DNA of 64,000 nt, taken from positions 587,123-651,122 of the forward strand of contig CM082586.2 of the NCBI GenBank assembly GCA_040954595.2, read 5' to 3'. Source of the DNA: Balanoglossus misakiensis (lineage: Eukaryota > Animalia > Hemichordata). Positions 12,027 through 23,578 of this stretch are shown here, piece by piece. The notes beneath the pieces were generated by a model that did not search any database, was not told the DNA's origin, and saw only the letters and a program-made list of their open reading frames with translations. A program made the translations under genes and the position numbers. Each line of letters opens with the position of its first letter. The stretch's first letter is position 1.

Positions 12027-15000
12027 TCATTTAGAGTTGTATCCGTCATTATGCACTTCGTTTAAGTTGATTTCCTTTATTTTAATTTCCTGAGATTTCT
12101 TCGTGTTTTTTGCATTCCGGAGTGCTAACCACGTGATCAAGTACATTATTAAAGCGATACCCTTCAAAATAAGCACAAACAACATCAATTTCAGGCGATA
12201 ATTGTAGAGATCGTAAACCCAGCAGATGCTGAAAAGACTACACTCTGATGTCTCCCAGTATATACACGATGAGTCAATGAGGTAGCCCATGTATATCGGA
12301 GTGGGTACCCAACCTGCAAGCGAAATAAAACAAAATCCTGAACAACGTTTCGCATAATTCTGGTAACTAAATTCTCACTGTGGCTATCTCCGAATTCCAC
12401 GAAACATACTGTAGTTTCCGTACTCACCGAGAACCTGCGCAAATAACTGTCGAACACCAACTGCAAACGGCTTGTCCGTAGGATCGACAATGCTAGAATA
12501 AAAAAGCCGCCAACCCGTTCTATGATTAATAATATGGTCCGTAATTTATCAAATTCAGAAAACACGAAAACGTATCGCACAGTTAGTATCGTCATATTGA
12601 TAATTTTCTTACCGGAGAGGTAATACAACGTACGCTGCCATCGGTAATCCGGCAACGAAAGTGAAGATGAAACATAGTGTTACAAAAATCGCCAGCAGGG
12701 AATTACATTGCTCTCCACAAATTCCACTTATGGCTCTTCTTTCTGAAAGAGGAGTCTGCAAGTCGTTGTCAGTTGAGGAACCAACGCAAGTACAGGCACT
12801 GAAGTCCTGGAAATAAATGAAGAGAAAACTCAGTGGTCATGCATAATCGCATAATTTTAGTGAACACAGTAATTTCACATTTACAAGTTACTGAAAAGAC
12901 TTCATTTATGATCCAATACCGGGATATAACCATCAACAAATAGTAACGGTAATTAGAACAAGTATAGCTTTGATTAGTGTATCACAAACCGTTGAGGTAA
13001 CTGTTTCTGTACATCCGGCGTAGCAAGGTGAATAGTATGTGACACCATCGCTGCCACAGACAGGGTCGTAGTCAGATTGTGAACACCCACAATTTTGATT
13101 ACACGATGACGTCAGTGGAGACGAATCCAAGCTGGAAAAGTCTTCATTTCTGTATTAAGATTGGTTGGTAGAAAACTTATTATTACAATTATATCCAACC
13201 AATTTGTGAAAGCTAAACGTGTTGCTGCTACTGGTTTTAGTATGTTTTAGTCGGTCTGTCTGTCCCCTCTCCCTATCTTAGAAGAACAACTTGAATACAG
13301 AGAAGCGAACCTTCACCTGAGTATGGTTGCATTGACGGTATCATTCAGAATAATCCTCTCCTTATAAGGAACAGACACTCCAGCAAACGTATCTGTTTCA
13401 CAACCGAGAAAAAGTACCGGGATAGGGAGTATGGCGGTAATTATTCCAAGTATGACCAAAACTTTCGCTATGGCAACCGGCGCCATTTTAAATCGTCGCA
13501 TAATAAAGCCACCAGCGAATATCCCTAGAGATGACGACACTACCAAGGCGATAACTAGAAAATAAAAAATGGTGAAATCAATTGTCACATCACAACTATT
13601 TTGAAATCATCATTATCACAGCTAACAATGTCGTTGATTTATTAATATTATGTAAGCCTATGATTTGCAATATTTTAATTTTCCCGGAAGTTTAACTGTG
13701 ATCACCATCATCGGTTTTGTTTTCTAAAACTGACTATAAGAGACATAAAACGACGTACCTGTCAGTAAAGCCGCTTTTGAAGCAGAGATCCGGAATTGCA
13801 ACTCCATGTATAAGGTGAAATAAGTCATCATACCGGAACTGATGGCGCACTCTAATGCGTAACCAATGGAAACTGATATCAGAGGAACATTGGTGAAGAG
13901 TTTCCAAATTACCACAGGAAATTCTGGAATATAATATGCGAGGAAAATAAGATATAAAATATTTTACAAACGCTAGAATTTTCACTTCTGATAAATTCTT
14001 GTCAATTACTCCTTTACTGATATTTTCGAAAGAGTTGCTTTCGCACAATGACCACTTAGTTCTGTATTTTGACATAAATTGTCCAAATGTAGTTGGAGTG
14101 CACAAAGTAGTCAAACTATGCCTCTTTACCTCTTATTCGGCTCAATGCTTCCCGTCTCATCTTGGTCTCGTCTTCATCTTCATAATCATCTTTCAGCTTG
14201 GGAGGGTCGATGTCACTTTCAGTTTCAGGCGGCAGTGGTAATTTCTTTGGCAGTAATACTAACGGAATGGCAACGGCCAGTGATAGAACGCCCTCCACGA
14301 TAAATCCCAGCCACCAAGCTCCAACCCAACGGGTGTCGTAAGGGTCTATATCAATTGTTGACATATCGACGCGATTGAAATCAACGTACTTCCCGACAAA
14401 TACAGAAGCAAATGGAAATCCAACCACAGGTCCCAGGGTGTACATCCCATAATAGATACCTAAATAGAACGAGGAAGCCACATTACTTGAAAAAATAGTT
14501 TTTTTAGGGCTGTAGTAATACAATAGTTAGTACTTTGACACCAAACCTCTGAGTAAACTTCATGGGGACAAAATACAGTAGTTGTTTTTATGGGGGAAAG
14601 ACGATGGGCTGTCTTCTCTGGATTTTAAAAAGACTCCTCCCATACTTCAATATGGACGAAAATGGGCCGAAATCTTTTGAGGACCATCATTTTGAAAATC
14701 TGTTCCCAATGCGAAACCAAAATCAATGCCACAAGACATTGTTGTATTTTACCTAAATAAAGAGGTGCCTTGCGATTGCCGAAGCCATCGTCAATATATG
14801 TTGGTGATAGAATAATCATTGGCGTGTAGAATATTCCCACCAAAGTGTGCGCCAACAGCATCCATACCGTGGTCATCATACTCTCTTGTTCGTCGTTCGA
14901 TGAGCAGCTTGTGGTGTCTGTGTCCGATTCTCCATTTGTAGTGCTGTCGTGCGCCAGGCACATAGTGGTGTCATTTGTTCCAAGTTCAACAGTGCTGTAG

Positions 15001-15518
15001 TTGTACGGTTCGGACAGAAAATGTACAAAGGATATTGAGATTAGACAAATCGCGCCCAGAATGAGACCGCCACCAATAGAACGCGGACGATGGCTGTCTG
15101 GTCGACCGCAGAGGAACGAGACAATGAGAACGGCAACCAACATTCCAGTGTCGAAAAGCGTTGCATTTAATCCAAGGAGAACACTCTGCAAGGAATATCG
15201 CGTCTGGATGCTTGTCATTGAAGCGATGAAGACACTAAAACTGAACGAGAACAAGAAATTGGAGGCGCACAAAAGGAAGAAGGCGAATTTGATATTGGCG
15301 AATATCTTCAGACATTGTGGTCGCCAGCTGCCGATTCCACACATCATGTCGGGATCCTCATCTTCATCCATTGAATACTTGTAATTCCTTTTGCCATCTT
15401 GCTGTTTCGTGGAAGCGGGTATAATCTTCCCCTTATCGCCGGCCTCTCCTCTTTCATCCAAAGTCGGCCGATAATTCACTGAAGTACCGCTTTCGAATTC
15501 GTTTTCGGCGTTCTGCAT
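12027..15518 (-). CDS. Organic anion transporting polypeptide (SLCO/OATP family), copy A, ~734 aa, 8 coding exons
   Basis: Exons 15518-14753, 14459-14130, 13923-13759, 13554-13317, 13149-12990, 12806-12613, 12492-12428, 12313-12027; phases are consistent. Has the OATP signature DTRWVGAWWLGF and a Kazal-like loop CNQNCGCSQSDYDPVCGSDGVTYYSPCYAGC. Confidence 0.93.
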
Positions 15519-15584
15519 TTTCCTAGAACAATCTGTGGTAGAATATAAATGTAATAGATGTAATTGCATGATATGATTATCTAA

Positions 15585-15734
15585 TCACTCACTCACTCAC
15601 TCACTCACTCACTCACTCACTCACTCACTCACTCACTCACTCACTCACTCACTCACTCACTCACTCACTCACTCACTCACTCACTCACTCACTCACTCAC
15701 TCACTCACTCACTCACTCACTCACTCACTCACTC
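15585..15734. repeat. (TCAC)n microsatellite, ~37 units, in first intron of SLCO copy A
   Basis: Perfect tetranucleotide run seen directly. Confidence 0.98.
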
Positions 15735-16224
15735 TCCCGCTCTCTCGCTCACTCAAAGAATCGCTTGTGACGTAACACAATCCCTGTGGTCGTGACCACT
15801 CCCGATTTTGCTGCTGTGAATTCCTTTGTTCCATTGTCAGCAGGAAAATCAGAGTATTGTTATGGACGCTTATTAAACCACATACCCTGGAGCTCGAGGG
15901 TCTCTGATTTTGTTAGCGAATGTTGAGACAATCGCATCTTCATTTACCAAAAGGAATGTTCAACCTGTCGTTTGATTGAATGGTGCAAGCGGTTTTATGT
16001 CAAGAAACTCAGATATTCTTTTCCAACTATCTATAAAGCTTGTTAAAAGAGAACAGAACATATGAACATCTCTAAAATAAATTTACTTTTTGCTCCACAA
16101 ATGATTCTGTTCCTGTACACTTTTTAAACTTAGCCTAACGTGACCACACTGTTTGTTAAAGTATATTTACTGTAAAAAACAAGAACTGTCAACGGTACAA
16201 TGTTGAACCGATAAAATAACACTA

Positions 16225-16420
16225 AATTAAAACTTTTCAAGAGGGTTTTACCGCCTGACGGTTTCGGTAATACTTTCAACGTGATGCTCACCTGTTGCTC
16301 TATGAACCGCTGTTTAAGACACAAACCTCAGTCTGCTCACACCAAACGGCACACCCACAAACCAACTAATGCCCCGAATATGGTGACACGCGTTCCTGAT
16401 CGCGACTCATTTGTATACCC
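16225..16420 (-). promoter_or_regulatory. Probable non-coding first exon / promoter-proximal block of SLCO copy A
   Basis: The block recurs inverted at ~17690-17875 (copy B) and diverged at ~28455-28610 (copy C). Each copy carries cag|GTGAGC in the sense of its SLCO gene (donors at 16291, 17807, 28468). Confidence 0.65.
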
Positions 16421-18077
16421 CATTAGTCCTACATAACACGTCCTATACACATGTATTGCATGTTCTGATTGGTTAATTCGCTTCTCTAAGGTCCACTTGC
16501 AGCACACTGATTGGAGGGACTCATTACTATGAATTATTCAGTTTGTAGCTTCCTGCTTGGTTAGTCTATCAGTCTAGTTCTCATGTGTGCACGACATTGT
16601 TATGAAATGCATTGGTATATACTGGTAGGGTTTGACCTTATTCTAGAGTTATAAATAATAATAAATATTATTTTTTGTAAAGCGTCTGTAATCGTTACGT
16701 AATGCATTTGAATTTTTGAAGTTTTCAATGCTATCACTTTATCGTGCTCTACTCTCGATGTTTTGACCCGTCATTCACTGACATGCAGGCTTCGGTATGT
16801 GTAGTATACGGTCTAGATCACATTTCGCTATTTTCAGCTTACAAAAGCCGTTGGGTTTGTTGATCGCTAGGAGAAACAAAAGCGATTTTAGTGTCTTGCT
16901 ACAGTAATTGCATACATATTTACGCATTGTTTATTTTTATGCGCTAAAAATAAAGCGGGTAGTATTTTAACACCATACGCAACTATGTTAACGCGAATAT
17001 GTTTAAATCATCGACTTGCTTGATCTTGATGAACTAGACAATACATGTAATTGGAATAGACGCACTAGCTTTTACGGCTGGATAGCACTTCCGTACATTG
17101 TATGTGGTAATTGACGTCACAGCAAATCCTCTCATGAACCTCTTCGCGCCCACTGTCATTGTCTAGGATTTACTATGAGAATAGTGAAGTTCAGCGTTTC
17201 TATTCAACAGCTTGGGTATCTGCCAACAAATTACCAAACGACACTTTCACTGTAAACAAAGAAAACTGTCTGGATTGATAGAGTAGATGAATGCGAATCT
17301 TGATAAATGCATAAATTTGCATTTGGCCGTTCATTCTTTTGTAAAACCGTCCCTCCGGGTCGTGGTGAAAGTCACCTTGAAACCTAGACATCAAAACATC
17401 AAGATCAAAGTGAGAGAAAGAAATGCCAAAGTGAATGTACAGTATGGTGATCGAGAATATGACATTAAAACAAAACGAAAATCAAAGTAATTCCAATATC
17501 AGAGAGTCCGTTAAATTTAACACGTTCTGATGAATGACCCTCTCATTCCAGATAAGGCATTAAAGTTTAGACTTTACGTAACCGTTCGTCATTCCACACG
17601 AGTGCAGGACACAACGGATGTGGGAACAAAAACTACTTTCGTGTTGAGTTAGCCCTGCTTTGAATAACGGTACAATTGGGACATACAATAGACGCGTTCA
17701 GGAACACGTGATCACCATATTCGGGGCATTAGTTGGTTTGTGGGTGTGCCGTTTGGTGTGAGCAGACTGAGGTTTGTGTCTTAAACAGCGGTTCATAGAG
17801 CAACAGGTGAGCATCACGTTGAAAGTATTACCAAAACCGTCAGGCGGTAAAACCCTCTTGAAAAGTTTTAATTTTCTATGATGGCGAACATAATTTCTAT
17901 CTGAATTCAACATTCGCTAACAAAGTCACAGACCCTAGAGCTCCAGGGTCGGTGGTTTAATAAGCGTCCATAACAATACTCTGATTTTCCTGCTGACAAT
18001 GGAACAAAGGAATTCAAAGCAGCAAAATCGGGAGTTGTCACGTCCACAGGGATTGTGTTACGTCACAAGCGATTGTT

Positions 18078-18371
18078 TGAGTGAGTGAGTGAGTGAGTGA
18101 GTGAGTGAGTGAGTGAGTGAGTGAGTGAGTGAGTGAGTGAGTGAGTGAGTGAGTGAGTGAGTGAGTGAGTGAGTGAGTGAGTGAGTGAGTGAGTGAGTGA
18201 GTGAGTGAGTGAGTGAGTGAGTGAGTGAGTGAGTGAGTGAGTGAGTGAGTGAGTGAGTGAGTGAGTGAGTGAGTGAGTGAGTGAGTGAGTGAGTGAGTGA
18301 GTGAGTGAGTGAGTGAGTGAGTGAGTGAGTGAGTGAGTGAGTGAGTGAGTGAGTGAGTGAGTGAGTGAGTG
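18078..18371. repeat. (GAGT)n microsatellite, ~73 units, in first intron of SLCO copy B
   Basis: Perfect tetranucleotide run seen directly. Confidence 0.98.
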
Positions 18372-18459
18372 GGGGAAGCCTCACACACTTTGATTACAGA
18401 TTCACATCATGCAATTACATCTCTTACATTTATATTCTACCCAAAATTGTCCCAGGAAA

Positions 18460-21400
18460 ATGCAGAACGCCGAAAACGAATTCGAAAGCGGGACAGTTAC
18501 CGAAGACGGACTGATTCCATTGTCGGTGAATTACCGGCCGACTATGGATGAAAAGGGAGAGGCCGAGGAGACGGGGAAGTTTCTGCCAGCTACAACAGAA
18601 CGGCAAGATGGCAAAAGGAATTACAAGTATTCAATGGATGAAGATGAGGATCCCGACATGATGTGTGGAATCGGCAGCTGGCGACCGCAATGTCTGCAAA
18701 TATTCGCCAATATCAAATTCGCCTTCTTCCTTTTGTGCGCCTCCAATTTCTTGTTCTCGTTCAGTTTTAGTGTCTTCATCGCTTCAATGACAAGCATCCA
18801 GACGCGATATTCCTTGCAGAGTGTTCTCCTTGGATTAAATGCAACGCTTTTCGACGGTGCAATATTGGTTGCCGTTCTCTTTGTCTCGTTCCTCTGCGGT
18901 CGACCAGACAGCCATCGCCCTCGTTCTATTGGTATCTGCCTCATTCTGGGCGCGCTGAGTTTATGCTCTGTATCCATTTCGCATTTTCTGTCCGAACCGT
19001 ACAACTACAGCACTGTTGAACTTGGAACAAATGACACAACTATGTGCTTAGCGCACGACAGCACTAAAAACGGAGAATCCAGCACCAACGTCACGAGCTG
19101 CTCAGCCAATGACGAACGAGAGAGCATGATGACCACGGTATTCATGTTGCTTGGACACACTCTAGCGGGAATTTTCTACACTCCCTTAGTGATTCTTGCG
19201 CCTACATATATTGACGATGGCATCGGCAAACTCAAGGCACCTCTTTATTTAGGTAAGATATCGCGCAATCGACCATACAATGTCTTGGGCCTTGATATTG
19301 GTTTCACCTTGGGAACATTTTAGTTCAGTCTTTGCTATATGTGTGAAGAGTCTTTTTAAATATGTTCGTCATCTTTTTTCATAAAAGCCGCTTCTTTATT
19401 TTGTCTCCATCGTGATTACACAGAGGTTTGGTGTCAACTATTGTATTACTAAAGCCCTAAAAAGAACTATTTTTTTCAAGTATGGTGGTTTCGTTGTTCT
19501 TTTTAGGTATCTATTATGGGATGTTCACCCTAGGATCTATGGTTGGATTTCCATTTGCTTCTTTATTTGTCGGGATCTACGTTGATTTCAATCGCGTCGA
19601 TATGTCAACAATTGATATAGACCCTTACGACACCCGTTGGGTTGGAGCTTGGTGGCTGGGATTTATCGTGAAGGGCGTTATCTCTGTGGCCTTTGCCATT
19701 CCGATAGTATTACTGCCAAAAAAACTACCACTGCCACCTGAAACTGAAAGTGACATCGACCCTCCCAAGCTGAAAGATGATTATGAAGATGAAGACGAGA
19801 ACAGAATGGGACAAGAAGCATTGAGCAGAATAAGAGGTAGAGAAGCGTATTTTGACTACTTTGTGGCACTGTACACTCCAACTATTACAGTAATGTTTTG
19901 GACAATTTATGTAAGGAGTAAACAGAAGAGAATTCATCAGAAGAGAAAATTCTACATTTTATTTTATTTTCCAGAATTTCCTGTGGTTATTCAGAGACTC
20001 TTCACCAATGTTCCTCTGATATCAGTTTCCATTGGTTATGCCTTAGAGTGCGCCATCAGTTCCGGTCTGATGACCTATTTCACCAAATACATTGAGTTGC
20101 AATTCCGGATCTCTGCTTCAAAAGCGGCTTTACTGACAGGTTCGTCATTTTATGTCTCTTGTAGTCAGATTTTTTAGGGAAAAAAAACCGATGATGGTGA
20201 TCGCAAAATTAAAAAATTGCAAATCGTAGGCTTAGACAATATTAATAAATCAACGACCTCTGTTAATTCAAACATCGTCGACGGTGATAATTATGATTTC
20301 AAAATAGTAGCAAAGTGACAATGGATTATGTGCTTGGTAGAATTAAAATAGTCACATTTCACAATTATTTACTTTTTAGGTATCGCCCTGGTAATGTCAT
20401 CATCTGTAGGGATATTTACTGGTGGGTATATACTGCGACGATTGAAAATGGCGCCGGTTGCCATAGCAAAAGTGTTGGTCATACTTGGAATAATTAACGC
20501 CATACTTCCCATACCGTTACTTTTTCTTGGTTGTGAAACAGACACGTTTGCTGGAGTGTCCGTTCCTTATCAGGAGAAGATTAAGGAGAAGATTATTCTG
20601 AATGTTACCGTCAATGCAACCACACCCAGGGGAAGGTTCGCTTCTCTGTTATGTTCTTCGATTAGAGAGAGGGGGAGAGAGAGAAAGAGAGAGACAGAGA
20701 GAGAGAGAGACAAAAAAACAGCCACAGAGAGGAATAGGGCGAAATAGACAGACAGTAGCTACAAGTTTAGATTTCACAAATTGTTGAAATATAATTGTAA
20801 TAATAAGTTTTCTACAAACCCATCTTAAATACAGATATGGAGACTTTTCCAGCTTGGATTCGTCTCCACTGACGTCATCGTGTAATCAAAACTGTGGGTG
20901 TTCACAATCTGACTACGACCCTGTCTGTGGCAGTGATGGTGTCACATATTATTCGCCTTGTTTGGCCGGATGTACAGAAGCAGCTACCTCAACGGTTTGT
21001 GTTACACGAATCAAGGCTATACTTGTTCCGGTATTGGATCATAAATGAAGTCTTTTCAGTAACTTGTAAATGTGAAATTACTGTGTTTACTAAAATTGTG
21101 CGATTATGCATGACCACTGAGTTTTCTCTTGTTTAATGTATTTTCAGAACTTCAGTTCCTGTAGTTGCGTTGGTCTCTTAACTGACAACGAAGATAACGA
21201 CTTGCAGACTCCTCTGTCGGAAAGAAGAGCTGTAAGTGGAATTTGTGGAGAGCAATGTAATACCCTGCTGGTGATTTTTATTGTGGTCTGTATCATCTTC
21301 ACTTTCGTTGATGGGTTACCAATGGCGACGTACGTTGTGTTACCTCTCCGGTAAGAACATTGTCAATATGACGATACTAACTGTGCGATACGTTTTCGTG

Positions 21401-21870
21401 TTTTCTGAATTTGATAAATTACGGACCATATTATTAAACATAGGACGGGTTGGCTTCTTTATTCTAGCATTGTCGATCCCAAGGACAAGCCGTTTGCAGT
21501 TGGTGTTCGACAGTTTCTTGCGCAGGTTCTCGGTGAGTACGGAAACTACAGTATGTTTCGTGGAATTCGGAGATAGCCACAGTGAGAATTTAGTTACCAG
21601 AATTATGCGAGACGTTGTTCAGGATTTTGTTTTATTTTGTTTGCAGGTTGGGTTCCCACTCCGATATACATGGGCTACCTCATCGACTCATCGTGTATAT
21701 ACTGGGAGACATCAGAGTGTAGTCTTTTCAGCATCTGCTGGGTTTACGATCTCTACAATTATCGCCTGAAATTGCTGTTGTTTGTGCTTATTTTGAAGGG
21801 TGTCGCTTTAATAATGTACTTGATCACGTGGTTAGCACTCCGGAATGCAACAAACACGAAGAAATTGTAG
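18460..21870 (+). CDS. SLCO/OATP family transporter, copy B, ~731 aa, 8 coding exons (exon-4 donor mutated, C-tail truncated)
   Basis: Exons 18460-19252, 19507-19836, 19975-20139, 20380-20635 (cryptic donor assumed), 20835-20994, 21148-21350, 21468-21532, 21647-21870. OATP signature and Kazal loop are intact. Confidence 0.88.
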
Positions 21871-22242
21871 TAAATTAAATTAAATTAAACAAATTCATGA
21901 ATGGACAACTGGGGTCACGTCATATTTTCATGAAAACATAAATTCCTTTGAGTCCATGTGTATGCTTTCTCCTAACCAATATCGTTTTTAATTTATATCA
22001 ATATGAAAATAAGAATGTCCAAAGATACATTTAAATGATTTGTATTAAAATGTAACAAAATCATTGAAAAATAATCACCTGTTATTTATTTTTTTGATTT
22101 GCAGGTTGCTGGCTTTTTATGGAATAAAAATGATTAAAATTAACAATGTCCATTTTCTTTTGCTAAACTCATGTCCACTCCATCTACTCCTCTAATACCC
22201 ACTAAAGCCCAAGTGTCTTACTTCTTGTCTGCGGTTACTAAC

Positions 22243-22413
22243 CTCGCAAATAGCAGTTATGTAACAATTGTCTTGTCTTGATGTCTACAATTTCATCTTC
22301 CATTTTTCATAGTCTGTTTTCTAATGTATTGATGATGTTGGAATCTTCTCTTTGTTTCAAATTTCCGTTCCTCATTTTTGCTTTCAGCGAATCCATCTTG
22401 GGAAGCAACCTCT
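22243..22413 (-). pseudogene. Dead inverted copy of exon 2 of the SPACA9-DD gene
   Basis: 171-nt reverse-complement copy of 9276-9446 with both splice sites retained, and an AGA>TGA in-frame stop at 22309-22307. Exons 1 and 3 are absent. Confidence 0.9.
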
Positions 22414-22489
22414 CTGAAAAGTAAGATGTCTGTCATGTAATGGACACTCAATCATCAAAAGGCACAATTTTATTGTACATGAATCCATG

Positions 22490-23395
22490 TCACCATCAAA
22501 AGCGTTTATTACACAATTCTCGTAAACGTAACACCCGGATGTTAAAACCACCCACTAATAAGGTTATAATGATATTTATTTGAAACTATTAAAATTAATG
22601 TGTTACTGTCATATACCCATTAACCAACGCTGAATACTGTTAACATTTGTACATAACTATTTCGGGAAATAATCTGATCTATCTGAAAATGGATTAAAAT
22701 AAATCAAATGACTTTAAATCATTGAGTTAATTATCTTCCGTGGAAAAAATCAGCATGTTCATGAATACGCTGATTATGCATTTGGAAATTTCGCAGAAAG
22801 ATGAGTATGGCCGATATCAGCACATGAAACTTAACCATCAAAATTAATTACATAATATATAGCGACGTAGAAATCAACGATGTTCAATGCACGGCAATAT
22901 ATTCTCGCTACAATAACCAGTTTTATGCTGCGAGTATATTATCCGGCTTACAACACTTATTGATATGCTAAACTACTTCTCAATCACAACAACCAATCAC
23001 AGGCTTCACAAAATGCACCTGGTGAATGACGCATTTCGATTGGACAGTTGTCGGCCAGCGCAGTTGACAGACGGTCAGTGAGGTGCCACGTTTCCATCAT
23101 TCGAGACTCAATCTTTGACGGGCAAACATCATGGCTGAACGTAGTGAAGAGAACGACCTATTCATTACCAGGAGAAATTTCCGACAACCAAGTGAAAGTG
23201 AAGGTCAAGACTGTGACGATATGGAGTAGATTTCCCAAGATTTTGGTAGCCTCATCGACGATTATGTGCATAAACCATCGGTCACGGAAAGCTACTTGAC
23301 AAAGGGTGTCCTTTCTCCTGGCTTGCAGCCGCCATTGCGCACATCCTCTACTGTAAGTAACAACTTTTTGTCGTTTTTTTTCTTGTAACTTGTAA
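22490..23395. repeat. Direct repeat of ~10970-11840 (region downstream of SLCO A and C)
   Basis: Colinear similarity from caccatcaaa...ttctcgtaaac onward, including a second copy of the pseudo-exon at 23131-23352. Confidence 0.9.
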
Positions 23396-23578
23396 ATAAG
23401 AAACTACAGAGGAAATAAGGTATATGATAAATTCTTCAACAAAATCTCAAATGTTCATTGTCGTATAATGGCTCTGTAGCGATGGCTTACATTCGTTACA
23501 ACTGTTCTTAGCATTTTTTGCTGAATTTTGTTTTTTGATTAGACTAGTGCAATAGATATAACTCTTCACATATAAGAT

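Larger units (their letters stand above)
17690..22470 (+). repeat. Inverted segmental duplication of ~9220-16400 with internal deletions
   Basis: Reverse-complement matches cover the 5' block, 17900-18078 vs 15750-15930, the whole SLCO gene, 21893-22165 vs 9925-10260, and 22228-22470 vs 9219-9460. Confidence 0.85.

Noticed and set aside
15001-15384. 127-aa antisense ORF recurring at 18621-19004 and 26638-27111
   Set aside because: Antisense shadow of SLCO exon 1; conserved only because the paralogs are recent.
18038-18388. ORFs encoding (THSL)n
   Set aside because: Translation artefacts of the (TCAC)n microsatellite.
23048-23299. 83-aa plus-strand ORF
   Set aside because: Non-ATG start, and the paralogous frame near 11628 contains a TAG; the alternative frame is reported as a pseudo-exon instead.
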